Translations under genes and position numbers: made by a program
Origin: Octopus vulgaris
Lineage: Eukaryota
Direction: 5' to 3'
NCBI GenBank assembly: GCA_951406725.2
Contig: OX597817.1
Location: forward strand, 53,506,001-53,570,000
DNA length: 64,000 nt
Notes under the pieces: generated by a model
Told to the model about the DNA's origin: nothing
The model's database searches: none
What the model saw: the letters and a program-made list of their open reading frames with translations, nothing else
In this document: one piece after another, positions 49,538-62,684 of the stretch
Numbering within the stretch: the stretch's first letter is position 1
Layout of the letters: each line of letters begins with the position of its first letter

Positions 49538-51057
49538 TATATATATATATGGCCATGCATAGGGAGAGAGTGACAATAGAATGGCTCATCTGATTAAGAA
49601 ATTATTAGGCAAAACAGTTGTCTAGAAGTTCTTCCCCACTTTAGCCTGTCCATGATGGTGTTATGTGGTGGAGTTTATCACATACTGAAATGGAGAATCA
49701 TCCTAATAAATCTTTTATTCAGAGGTACTGTTTTTTTCCTACTGTTTGTGTGGGTAAATAATTTCAGTTGCGGCTTGTTTAGTAAAACACAATACTGTTC
49801 TGTGAAGGAAAGTATTGACCCACTTTAAATGACCACCACCTTCTAACTCTGAAGTAACTAAGATATATTTCACTCTTTTAGTGTTTATGAGATATCTGGC
49901 AATCATAGTTTAGGGTCAGAAAGACATTAGTCTGGTGTCTATTATCGATATCTTAAGTTCTACATTTTTATTTCTTCAACTATTTTACAGTTGGGTTGAA
50001 GGCAAACCAATTTGTTAGTTTGTATGTGGTTGCTTGGCCTATAAGAAATAACAGCTAAGTCTCCCACAAATCGTGTTGTACCATCCTAAAAAAAAAATAG
50101 AAAGTGCATATTATGTGATATGGTCTTCAGTACATTGATTGACAAATATAGAATATAGGTTTGCTTAACGAGATCTGGCACAGGATTAAATACCAACTTT
50201 TAATGAATTTTGGAAAGGCTTACTCCTTAAACTGTTTCTCCACTGTTCATAAGAAGACTTGATCATGACACTTGCAAAGTAACAAATGCAATACTTGGCA
50301 AATATACATGGTTTCTATTGCATGTATCTATAAGTATACCTACTCATGGTATCTATTTAAAACCAAATGTATTAAGCCTGTGAATATTAAAGGCTTTAGC
50401 TGTAGCTGTTGGAATATAACCTGTATATGTTTCAGATGACAGCATATTAAGCTGGTTATGCAATTATTTGTAATTCCTTTCATTCTGAAGTGAAGAAGTT
50501 TTAAAAAGAGAGTAGGTGAAAACCCCCTTTGATCAAGATCCTTGTTAGACGCTACGAGTTTCATTGCAAGGTTCATGTTGATTGGGACTTTTTATTGATT
50601 GGGACGTTTTACCTAACAGCTTTTCCAACGAGTCTGGTGGAGTAAGCTGTTAGGTGAGACTCAAAGTCCTGCTCAATATGAACTTTATAATAAATTTGGG
50701 GGGCCCTGCCCTCAATATGGATTCAGTCCATCAGCTAGTATTCTGCTGTTATTCGTAAACTAGCTTTAGAACAATGTCAGTCATGTAATTCCTTAAAATA
50801 TTCAAAGTCTCAGTTGCTTTGTTTCATTCATATTGCCTTGTTTATTTTCTGAGACTTTTATGTCTCTGCTAGAAATCACATTATTTACAGCAATGATATC
50901 AGATTCCATAAACAACTTAAGGCCAAAAAGTATTAGAAATGGCCACTGATGGTCATCCAGCTACATGTTTGTCATTTGCTGGATGACAATGTGGCCCCTA
51001 ATCTAGTCAGGGGACTTACTGATCTTTCTTACCTCAAATTGCTGTTGATAGTATCAA

Positions 51058-51460
51058 ATATTCTGTTGTGTCTGAGAAGAGTAATTTTCTTTTTGTGCCT
51101 TATAATGTAACACACTCACCGGTAAGATTTCCACTTTTTTTCTTATTTTTATTGTCCTAAACTTTTCGTTGTGTCTTGCAACCTTTTCAATAGTTTTGAC
51201 TCTCAATAGTTTTGAACATCAAGAGAGTCAAAACTATTGAAAAGATTGCAAGATGCAATGAAAATTTTAGGAAAATAAAAATAAGAAATTTTAGGACAAT
51301 AAAAATAAGAAAAACGTGGAAATTTTAGGACAATAGAAATAAGAAAAACGTGGAAATTTTAGGAAAATAAAAATAAGAAAAAAGTGGAAATTTTACCAGT
51401 GTGTATGTTACATTATAAGGTACCAAAAGAGAATGACTCTCCCCAGACACAACAGAATAT
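51058..51460. repeat. Fold-back palindrome with a tandemly repeated ~33-bp segment in the right arm
   Basis: atattctgttgtgtctg...ttgactctc versus gagagtcaa...cagacacaacagaatat; aaattttaggaMaataRaaataagaaa recurs four times in the right arm. Confidence 0.88.
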
Positions 51461-51909
51461 GCTTCAACACACGAACTCATATAAAAAATCTTGCAAACCA
51501 AATCCAAAAGCAAAGTATCAAATATTATTTTCTTGAAAATCACATGAAATTGTAATATTATTTCTGACTTTTAGCTCAGGTCAAGCAGCTATTTTCATAG
51601 ACAAACTCACCGTCACGGCTATATTTTTGATGATAATGTTACCTCTCTCTTTCCCGACATACACAAACTAACTGCTTCAAACTTCTCCCTGCAACTTCTC
51701 TTTCTCTCTCTCTCTCTCTCTCTCGCTCCTTCAATATTCTCACATTCTTCAAACCATTTGCTGCTACTCTTCACCAATTCAAACTAAATTTTATTAACTT
51801 CCTTTTACTGCTTGCTCCAAATTCTTTGCTTTTGCTTATCTGGGTGGAACATGGAATTATTATATTTTTATTCAACTTTTTTACAGTTTTATTAAAATTA
51901 TTATTATTA

Positions 51910-51953
<44 letters not shown>

Positions 51954-52733
51954 GGTATGCACAAATGTGTTACATTTTGGAAATAATGTCATCAATATTG
52001 GGTCACAATTTACTAAGATATTGAGGATCTTTCAGACAATATTTGCTGTTCTTGATGGAACAGATTTCTTCATTAATGCAATTTTTGTAGTTGCTCTGAT
52101 CTCATTAAGGAAACTACCAGGGCTGTTGGGGTGCCCAGAGTGCCAGTAATTGGGGTTACTTTTGCAGAAGCCCTCCAGTTTTTTTCATTTCCCTTGCTAA
52201 GTCTTAGTATTTTTTCTATTTTTTCCACTTCTTTAACTGCTGCATCCATCCATATCAACAGACACAGCCACATCATCATCACCACCACCATTATTATTAT
52301 CATTATTATTATTATTATTATTGAGGTGGTGAGCTGGCAGAATCATTAGCACATTGGGTAAAAATGGTTTGTGATATTTTGTTTGTCTTTATGTTCTGTG
52401 TTCAAATTCCACCAAGGTCGATTTTGCCTTTCATCCTTTCGGGGTCGATAAATTAAATTACCTGTGAAACACTCAAATTGATGTAATTGACTAGTCCCTT
52501 CCTGCCAAAAATTCCAGGCTTTGTGCCTTTAGTAGAAAGGATCATCATCATCATCATCATCATCATCAACTGCCTGATCAGGTCAATGGATTAGCAGAAT
52601 TGTTAGAGCATCCAATAAAATGCTTTGTGATAATTGTTCTCGGGTCTTTGCATTTCTGAGTTCAAATTCTGCCGACTTCAACTTTGCCTTTGTCACCTTC
52701 AGAAATTGAGAAAATAGATGCCAGTCAATTTAA

Positions 52734-52930
52734 CCCTTTCAATACTAACCTGGCTGAGACCGCCTCTGGCTCTGTAGTACAAATGTTTTGCTTTCATAAG
52801 TTTTGAATTAAAATCTTCCACCAAACCTTAGTCATAAGACCAGCTTAATGTTAACTAAGGTATTTTACTAAATTCCTTGTTATGTTTAAAATTTATTGAA
52901 AGAAACACAATATCTCAACAGAAATAACGG
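52734..52930. mobile_element. piggyBac-type MITE, third copy (right end lost)
   Basis: TTAA|CCCTTTC start and shared internal sequence. Confidence 0.7.
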
Positions 52931-53513
52931 AGCAGATGTTCCAGTCATGACCATTCCATCTGTTTTAGGAATATCTAAAACTATATTATCCAACATACTT
53001 CTTTCATTTTTGAAGGCATTAGGTTGTGATTTGAGCAAGATTTGGCTATGATTACTAGCATGTTGAACGACCACATTGTTGGTTTGTCTTCATTTTGTTT
53101 TTACTCCTGCTGAAATGAGCAAAATATTCAAAATAGTTGCACATTCTTTAGAAAATAAACTAAATATAAATATTCCAAGTTTGCCAAACTAAACTGTGTG
53201 GATTTGCTGTAACTTCACAGGGAAACGCCATCGTGAAGTCTGAAATGTAACGAAGACATATTTTCGTTGTGGTTAGAATAAATCTGAAATATAAACAGTT
53301 TCAATTTTAATAAGTCGTAAAGATGGTTCTGGCAGGTACGAACGAATAAAACCAGTTCCTGTGGAATTTGTGGTGCTATGTCATTGCTATTGGAATACCT
53401 CTGAGATTAACGGTTACATAGGAATTGTTTACCTCCACAGTTTGTTCAGCATTTTAGATAAACACAGTTTAGTATCTGTGACAGGATTAGTATAAACTTA
53501 CCTTTATTGTATA

Positions 53514-53717
53514 CTAGCAGTATTGCCTGGCGTTGCTCGGGTTTGTTTCGACCCTTTAGAATTGGAATTTTCAAAAAGTAAAAATTATGCATTATGTAGC
53601 TTGTTATTCTCTTTAAGTGAACATTTTTCAGGTTGAAATACACCGAAAAATGGCAACACAGCAGTCACAAAATTGTAAAAAATAGGGATTTTCATAGAAA
53701 AAAAGCACCTTTAATGT
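53514..53717 (-). mobile_element. Helitron 3'-end fragment
   Basis: Nearly the same terminus (ctagcagtattgcctggcgttgctcgggtttgt) as the element at 4967, followed by different internal sequence. 5' end not found. Confidence 0.65.
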
Positions 53718-55571
53718 ATTGAACCTCCCTCCTGTTATCTTGCTTCACTCTGGCTACAGTAAAGTCTTCAAATTTAAAGCGTCCTTCCTCTTTATTCAAG
53801 CTGTATGGTATGATTTGAAAAAGATTTCACTGCTATTTCTTGCATATGTTGTGTTTTCTTTGTCGACAGTAAGAATTTTTAAGCAAATAGCATTGGGATG
53901 GAAATGGTTAATTAAAATTTTTTGATCCAAAAAGAAAGAAAAGTGTATGAGTAATACCTCCACCTCCACATTCCCTAAATATATTAATGAAGTCATCTAA
54001 CTTACATTTGAAATCAGGTGGATGTGTGTGGGTTAGTGGTAGCCCTGTTTAATTAGATTTGGTCCTTCCTCATCACTCCCTGGAATTACAGAGGATCAAT
54101 TTCATTGTGGCTTTAGAAAACACTCGTCAACCTTTCTCAGTTTTCAATTAATCATTAACTCTGTAATGTAGGATTTTATAAAACATAGCTACAATTTTAA
54201 TTGGAAGTTGTCTATTTCAGATAATTGTTTTAATTAGGTGTATATTTCATGTGTCTGTATCCAGTTAAATGTAAGTGTAATACAAGAACACAATTTTGAA
54301 TAAACAGATCTAAAAGAGGAAAGGAATTGAGATAGTGCCATATTTAATTCTTTGATATGTAAACTGGTCGTATCTGGTCTGAATATTCTACTTTTTATGC
54401 TCAAACTGTCCACATCCAGACTCTTACACCAATCCTACAATATCATTATAGAAACGAATAACCATCTTCATTGTTTAACGTCCACCTTCCATGCTGGCAT
54501 GGAAGGTGGGATGGTTTCACTAGAGCCGGCCAGATAGAAGCCTGCACCAGACCTCAGTGACTGTTTTGGCTGGATGCCCTTCCTAATATGCACAAAATAG
54601 TTTTGTTTTTACCGTCAATTTAGGGTATAAAGTGGTTAATTGACAGGAAGCAGAAAACGTGGCTTCACCTGACCTCCTAACTAGGAACATTGATAGTTTT
54701 TACAAAATGCAGTGCATGATCTTAACGCCACATATTCCTTGCTGCCTTGGTGTACAGCTAGTGATACAGTGTGTGCTTAAAGAATTGTAATGTGGGTAGG
54801 CCAAATATCTTTTATGTTCTGCTATTAGAAGGAATGAAGTATGGCTTTGTTTCGCTGGGTAGAAGACTAAAATAAAAAAAATATTCAAGGGAGATAATTC
54901 TCTTTTTTTTTTTTAACTGATTTTAAAATCATTTTCAAATGGAAATTTTAGTAAATGGATGGTGGTAGTGGTGGGGTTTTGAAACTTTTTTTTTGTTTTT
55001 AAACAAATAAATTAGAGATTTTAGACATTTTTACATAATTTTGACATTTTTCTGGAATCTCACAAAAAAAAAAAGAAAAAAAGTCAAAAAAATTAGATTT
55101 ATAAATTTTAACAGGTGGTGGTGGTGTTGATGGTAGTGGGAGTGGAAAACTGCTGAGATGTTGTATTGTGTAAGTAAAATCCATTTCAAGAATGTAACAA
55201 CTAAAAAACAGCTGTCATGTTGACAGGAGACTGCTACACTAGTTATGAGTTAGGTTTTATGAATAGTATATCAATTCATCATTATTATTATTATTATTAT
55301 TAATAATTCCGCCAAGGTTGACTTTGCTTTCATCCTTTTGGGGTCAATAAATTAAGTGCAAGTGAAACACTGGGGTCGATGTAATTGACTAGTCCCCTCC
55401 CTGCAAAATGTCAGGCCTTGTGCCTCTTGTAGAAAGGATTATTATTATTATTATTATTATGTTAGTATTCTGGACAAAATACTTAGCAACATTTTGTCTT
55501 ACAGTTCTATATTTAAGAGATGAGGAATTATTTACATTTGGCGGGTATTTGTCCTCATCCTGTTTGTTGTT

Positions 55572-55617
55572 AAAACAACATTTCGGCTGATATACCCTCC
55601 AGCCTTCATCAGGTGTC
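55572..55617 (-). ncRNA. Slightly decayed minimal hammerhead motif in a Penelope-like terminal fragment (about 55501-55640)
   Basis: Minus strand: GACAC-CTGATGA-a-GGCTG gagggtatat CAGCC-GAAA-tg-TT-gtttt. Stem II is a perfect 5 bp; stems III and I each have a mismatch. Confidence 0.6.
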
Positions 55618-56362
55618 TTGGGGAAATTTCGAACCTGGGTAAATTGAGGGTGCAAAAATGGCAGGACAAAATACCTTGAGGTATTTTCTCCTGCTCTTCA
55701 TATGCTGAGTTCATATTCTGCTGACTTGAACTTTGCTTTTACACCTAACCACGCAAGTGCTGGAATCTATGTAATTGACTAACCTTTTCCTTCAAAAATT
55801 GCTGGCCTTATTGTCTAAATTCAAAACTATTATTATATGATTTTTTTTTTTCTTAATGGGTCAGTGAAGGAATTGGAAATTTTCACTTTTTTTCCCTTTC
55901 TTTCTTCTTCTTCAACATCTTGTAGTTGATTTTCTATTTCACTAATGCAAGGTAAAGGTTGGACCTTGTAAAATTTGGATTCAAATTGGGATGGCAAGGC
56001 AAGGCAAAAAAAAAAAAAAAAGGGTGGGGATTGTTCAAATTTCAAAGAAAGTGTTGTGTATTAGTGTCATGGTAAAACTGGCGATTTATTGAAAATTTAT
56101 ACTGGATGGTGAGTGTTTAGTTGGCATTGGCATCTGAAAACGAATACCTTAAATACAAGACTACAAAATTGGTGGGGGGGGGGGGGCGGTTAATGAATCT
56201 AAATACCTTTCCAGACATGATTTCCAAATTGTTTTTTTTTTTTGTATTTTGCCAATGTTTTTATTTTCAAGCTTTAACTCACATGCCTAAACACACAACT
56301 ACGCAATAGATTCATTTATGTAAACTCACACACACATTCCTGCTCTCTGTCTCTCATTCTCC

Positions 56363-56421
<59 letters not shown>

Positions 56422-56476
56422 TATATATCATCATCATCATATATATATACACACACACACACATATATATATACAT

Positions 56477-56515
<39 letters not shown>

Positions 56516-56839
56516 AACATACACATACGTACATACACACATGTATGCACTTGTGCACACACACATACATTTTTTTTTTCTTTCTGCACTGGAATCTCTC
56601 AGCAAAACAGGCCTTTCTATTTCAGCTTTATCCAGGACTCTGTGCCTTATTATCATAATATACAATGCAACTATATGCTTTGAAGCCAAAAAAAAAAAAT
56701 ATATACATTTTATAATGTCTGTGTGTCTGTAACCAAAAAGAAATGTTTTGAGTGGTTAGGGTTCAGCCTTTCATCTTTATTGATTCTTGCTCAAGATCCC
56801 CCGTAGAGTGTCTCCAATTGCTTCATCTTTTCATTGTAG

Positions 56840-56887
56840 AGAAGCCCTTATAATGGCCACAAGCAAGGGATTGAAGATCCTGGCCAG
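56840..56887 (+). CDS. Probable 48-nt cassette exon of the same gene
   Basis: cttcatcttttcattgtag| acceptor, CAG|gtatat donor, 16 codons, phase 0 to 0 (RSPYNGHKQGIEDPGQ). Compatible with the phase-0 donor at 46544. Confidence 0.55.
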
Positions 56888-56994
56888 GTATATGTATACC
56901 CAAACCTTTCGCATGTTGCCTTTACTTCTTTTCACATAGTTTTCTGTTGACTTAGTTGTTATTTATATGTATTCACACATGCATACATATGTTC

Positions 56995-57346
<352 letters not shown>

Positions 57347-58353
57347 TACACATATGTATGTATATGTACACATGTACATACTGATTTACTCCTTTTGTGT
57401 TTTTACATTATATTCTCTTCACAGCTGTTGTTGTGTGAGTGTTATATATATATGTGTATATATATATGTATATATATATGTATATATGTATATCTGTTTA
57501 CTCTAAGCATACACAACTATAAGTGACAGATGTGTATACTTGTGTATACTTATAATTAAATATGCATGTCTTAATGTTGTAGAGTCATCTATTTTACTTG
57601 TTCTCCCTCTCTCATCTATAACCTCAAAATAACATTCTTCTCATTCCTTCTCCATCTACCTACCAACCTACCTACCTTCCTTCATTCCTACCTTCCTTCC
57701 CTCCGTCCTTGCTTTCTCACCTTCCTAGTCTCTCCAAGACGTACTACATGCATTTATACTCGGTCGATTGTCTTAGCTTCCAGTTGTTTTACCTTCAAAC
57801 CCCACTCAATACTGTGTGTGTGTGTGTTTGTGTGCGTGTGTGTGTGTGTGTCTGTGAGGTGAGAGAAATATATAAATAAATAAACCCTTTACCATTTAAA
57901 TGATATACGGTATTGAAATGCTAACCGAACTTCTGAATCATCCTCTACACACCACACATACACACACACACCACACACGCACACACACACACCACGCATG
58001 CACACACACTCACACACACACACCCATGCATGTCATGTACATGTGTGCCTGTCTGTGTACATGTATGACTCTCTCTCTTTCTCCCTATCTCTTTCTCTCT
58101 TTCTCTCTCTATGTATGTATGTATTGATGTATGCATCTCGTACCTGTTTCTCAAGAGTGCCTTTTCTTAACCATTCTAATCCACCCTGTACTCCTACACC
58201 CCCTCCTCCTCTTAATATTTTCAATCTCTTTAGCTTTTGACATCCTCCACCCTTCCTTCATTGGAACCCCTCCTCCTCCATGTTTAAGGTTCTGTTGGTT
58301 GGGTTATGATGTAATAACGATAGCTGCTCATCTCGCATCCCTTCTGCTCCATC

Positions 58354-58426
<73 letters not shown>

Positions 58427-59829
58427 GTATATATATATGTTATTTATTGTGTATATGTGTATGTAGATGATCTTTCCTATCTCCTCTTTGTCCCCAGTTC
58501 CCCCTCTAGCCCGCCCCTTATTTCCCTACTCTCTATAAGGTGTTTCACCCTATACATTTAAACATCTGAAGAGAGGCAGGTGAGGAAGCAATTTCAAACC
58601 TTTTTTTTTTTTTACCCCCCTCACAACAAAGAGGGACGTGTTTTTTTTTTTTTTTAGAAATATCAAGAGTTGAGGGTGTTTGAGCTCCCAGAAAGTAGAA
58701 AAGAAAAAAAAAATGACATGCATCTTTTGAAAAAAAGCCCAAATTTAATTCCTTTGAGTTTGCAAACCTTCAAGCAGGTTTTAGAAATTCCTGCCAATTT
58801 TTTCGGTTATTTTTTCTTCTTTTTTTTTTTTAATTCTTTGGACATATAACAGAGTGTAGCTTTGTATATTCAAATTTCAAGTAAAATATTTTGTCATCTT
58901 TTTGAAATTTAAACATTTGTTTGTTGGATGGTAAAATTTCTGAACAGGAGAAAAATCTGGTTTGCTATTTTTTCTTCATCACACGACAAAAGGATAGTAG
59001 AAAATGAACATATTTTAAATAAATATAATTAAAAGCTCACAAACGAAATCTACTGAAAATAATCTTCAAATAAATTTCTTTCAAGTTTGAAAAAAAAAAC
59101 CTTCTTGGTTTTTTTTCCCTTCTTTTTCTTTTATTTAAAGTATCTAAATTAGTATTAATTCTTATAATTTTATCCCCACATCTTTTTCTGTTTCTTTCCT
59201 GGCCATTGTTACAGAGGTTATAGAATTCTTCATTTCATATAATATATATATGTGTGTGTATTCAGTGTTATTTGTACAGCAGCAGCTTTCAGAGGTGTCA
59301 CCTATCTTTGGTTTAACAACACTTGCAGCTGAAGTCAGTCAGTCACTCATTCAGTCAGCACTTGTCTCTCTTTCCTTCTTTCATTGTGTTTTATTTTTGT
59401 TCCTTGTGATCAGCTTTTCGTTTCTCTTGTTTTTTTCCGTTTCTTTTTCTCTGTTTTTAATTTCAGTGACCTGTTGGACATTTCCATAGAAGTAGTATTT
59501 GTTGCAGGAACTGAAGCCTCAGTTTGTGATATATATATAAGAATGGATTGTGTATGTTCAGAGGTTGAATTGTAGCAAATCGATAAGCGTTCTATGTATG
59601 TTACAGTGTTTATGGTTTATTGAGGCTGTTATGTTTAATCTTGTTTATTCTAGTTTCATGTCACTGCAATCTTCACATGAGAACAGTGAGATAATGGCAT
59701 GGAACTTTAGCAATGTATGCATGCATATTTACATACATACAAACACATATATATTTATATATATAATAATAATGATAAAAAGTAACAACAAAAGAATGAG
59801 ACCTCGATATTAGATAAATAGAGGATTAT

Positions 59830-59865
<36 letters not shown>

Positions 59866-59869
<4 letters not shown>

Positions 59870-60035
59870 AGAGTTCACGAAAAAAGCAAAAGACGAAGAC
59901 GGGTGGTGTACAAAACAAACAGATGAATTGAAAAAGTCTTTTATGTTTTGAGCCTACGCTCTTCTACAGAAAGGGACACAGAAAAAACAAGGAGAGAAAA
60001 AAAATATGTGTAGTGGCTGCCAATCTATCATGGTG
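59866..60035 (-). mobile_element. TA-flanked Penelope-like terminal-repeat fragment (copy 3)
   Basis: Near-identical to 6366-6555; directly abuts the fold-back at 60037-60206. Confidence 0.6.
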
Positions 60036-60036
60036 A

Positions 60037-60206
60037 AATTTAGAACAGACAGTAAAAGGTTGTCATTATAAGTACTCAGAGTTTTAAATGTCGGAGCAAA
60101 GAGCTACGATACAGTAATAGCCGACGAGACTGTATCGTAGCTCTTTGCTCCGACATTTAAAACTCTGAGTACTATAATGATAACCTTTTACTGTTTGTTC
60201 TAAATT
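60037..60206. repeat. Near-perfect fold-back palindrome (arms about 78 bp, loop 13 nt)
   Basis: 60037-60115 is the reverse complement of 60129-60206. Confidence 0.92.
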
Positions 60207-60341
60207 ATAACATATGTATGTGTGTGTGTGTGTGTGTGTAGATACATATATATATATATATATATAATCCTCTATTTATCTAATATCGAGTTCTCATTAT
60301 TTTGTTATTACATTTTATCATTATTATATATATATATATAT

Positions 60342-60374
<33 letters not shown>

Positions 60375-60822
60375 ATGTATCTATGTATACATAACAAATG
60401 CTGTTTTCATGCAAAGGAAAAGCTTTATGTGATTAAAAAAAAAAAGGAATAAAAAAAAATACTTCCTCTTTTTCCAGAACATATTTGATGGGAAAGACTG
60501 ATATAAAAAGTAAAATTTTGCCATTGTTGTTGTCATAGTTTCGCCCTGTGTATTATTATTATTTTCATACACTGTATTAATTCATCATATATATTATTAT
60601 TACCTTACGATATTCTGTAGTCCTCAAATTATCTTCTTCTCCTATGTTAGTTAACCTAGATGTTACAGACTATATATCATGTAGGTCAACTTTTTCTTTG
60701 ATCCTTTTGGAGTTGATTAAAAAAAAAAGAAGAAAAAAACTAATGAAGAGAAGTGGATTATAAGAACTGTTAGTCTTTTGGGGGCGTAGGATGTTTGTGT
60801 CATGGTAATATGTTGTTCCTGA

Positions 60823-61044
60823 AGGCGGCGAGCTGGCAGAAACGTTAGCACGCCGGGCGAAATGCTTAGCAGTATTTCATCTGCTGCTACGTTCTGAGTT
60901 CAAATTCCGCCAAGGTCGACTTAGCCTTTCATCCTTTCGGGGTCGATAAATTAAGTACCAGTTATGTACTGGGGTCAATGTAATTGACTTAATCCGTTTG
61001 TCTGTCCTTGTTTGTCCCCTTGTGGGTAGTAAAGAAATAGGTAT
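60823..61044 (+). mobile_element. SINE family B (Nin-domain-like)
   Basis: ggcggcgagctggcagaa head, gagttcaaattcc B-box, and central gcctttcatcctttcggggtcgataaattaagtacc resembling the Nin-SINE domain. Other copies at about 13780, 28379(-), 33079, 52323 and 55305. Confidence 0.75.
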
Positions 61045-61733
61045 TATGTTGTTCCTGTAACTGAGACAATTTAACTCTTGAGGCCTGAGCAACAACACGC
61101 CTCGCTGTAAAAAGGTGCTCCTCATTTAAATAGGTTGCCCAGCTACTCATCAGTTGAAGTCCGTCAGTACTTTGAAGTTGTAATTGAGTTCAGGTTGTTT
61201 TAGAAGTTTAACCTGGAAAAATGTAGTTCATGTTGGACTAGTTTGCCCTACATAGCACCATCAATCAGGATAAATAGTGCTTGAAAATGAAGCAAGCCCT
61301 TACAAAACCCACAACTCAAGATTTTTATTTTTGATGGTACATTTGCTGACATAGTACCAGTTGCTGAGGAGATGCAGAGGTGAAATACTTGAATTGTCAA
61401 AGTATGAATTACCTGACCCATGGATTGCTAGGGTTCACATAACCAGCCCCACAGCTGATCCTTACATCAAATGAAACCCTGAAAGTTGGAAATAAATATT
61501 TACTTTGTCTGGTTTATCAATCTGTGTCATGAAGAAATTATCCCTGCTTCCTCACAACTTTCCACATTCGTCTTATTTTAATTTGGGTGGGGTACAGTTT
61601 TCACAGGGATTTCACATAAATATGAATATGTGTATATATATTAAACATATGTAAAAGATATGCAGATACATATATATGCATGTATATATACATATATATG
61701 AATATATATTAAACATATGTAAAAGATATGCAG

Positions 61734-61780
<47 letters not shown>

Positions 61781-62684
61781 TGTATATATACATATATATG
61801 TAGGTATGTACATATATGTATGTATATATGCATATATTTATATATTATTTATATTATTATTATTATATATATATATATATATATATATAGCATATAGTTG
61901 AGTAGGAATTGTTTTTACAATTTTTGTCCTTGACATCAGAAAGTTGAACACTTTTCCCCTCTAACATTAAAGCACTCTATCAATAGCATTAGTAGTTGTA
62001 GTAGTAGTAGTAGTAGTAGTAGTAGCATTGAAACCAATAAATGGAAGTATATCAGCCTTTCTGGTGTAGTAGCTTTCAAGTGTGCGTGTGTAAACTCCGA
62101 TGTAAATATGCTGTAAACAGTCATAATCAGGACAATTCCCCTCTACAACAATTAACCACCCCCCCCCTGGTTAATTACCCCCTCTCTTATATATTAAGAA
62201 GTTTTAAATCATCATCTGTTTTAAATATCGAATGGCTATGGGGGTCCACCAGAATAAAATAGTAATCAAAGGGAGTCCATCGATAGAAATTGGTTGAGAA
62301 TCCCCTGATCTGAAGGCTAATTCCTCAGCGGATATTTATTAATTGGCTCATTGACATTTGACATTTCTTAGAAAAAAACTTATTTTTCAATACAAAATCA
62401 AAGCAAGCATACATGTATATGAACATATGTATGTAAATCTATATGCAAGTGCATACATATGTATATACATATACACTCACATTTATAATGAGTGTATACA
62501 CATGTATGTATATGTATCACACCTAATGCTGTTTATCGACATCACTATCTCCATATCAGCTCACCTTGGTTTCTCTCATAGCCTATCTTTACCTGCTGGA
62601 CTTAGTACTCAATAAAGATTCTGCAGTTTATCATTTGAACACTACTACATGTTTTCTATATTGAGCATCTTTAGCTCTCACCTT

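Noticed and set aside
50568-50686. Short imperfect inverted repeat, possibly another hammerhead fold-back
   Set aside because: Too decayed to assign core nucleotides with confidence.
57425-57434. ttcacag|CTGTTGTTGT|gtgagt 10-nt exon-like unit
   Set aside because: Strong signals but frameshifting in a phase-0 intron, with no convincing compensating partner. Counted as background, though a poison exon cannot be excluded.
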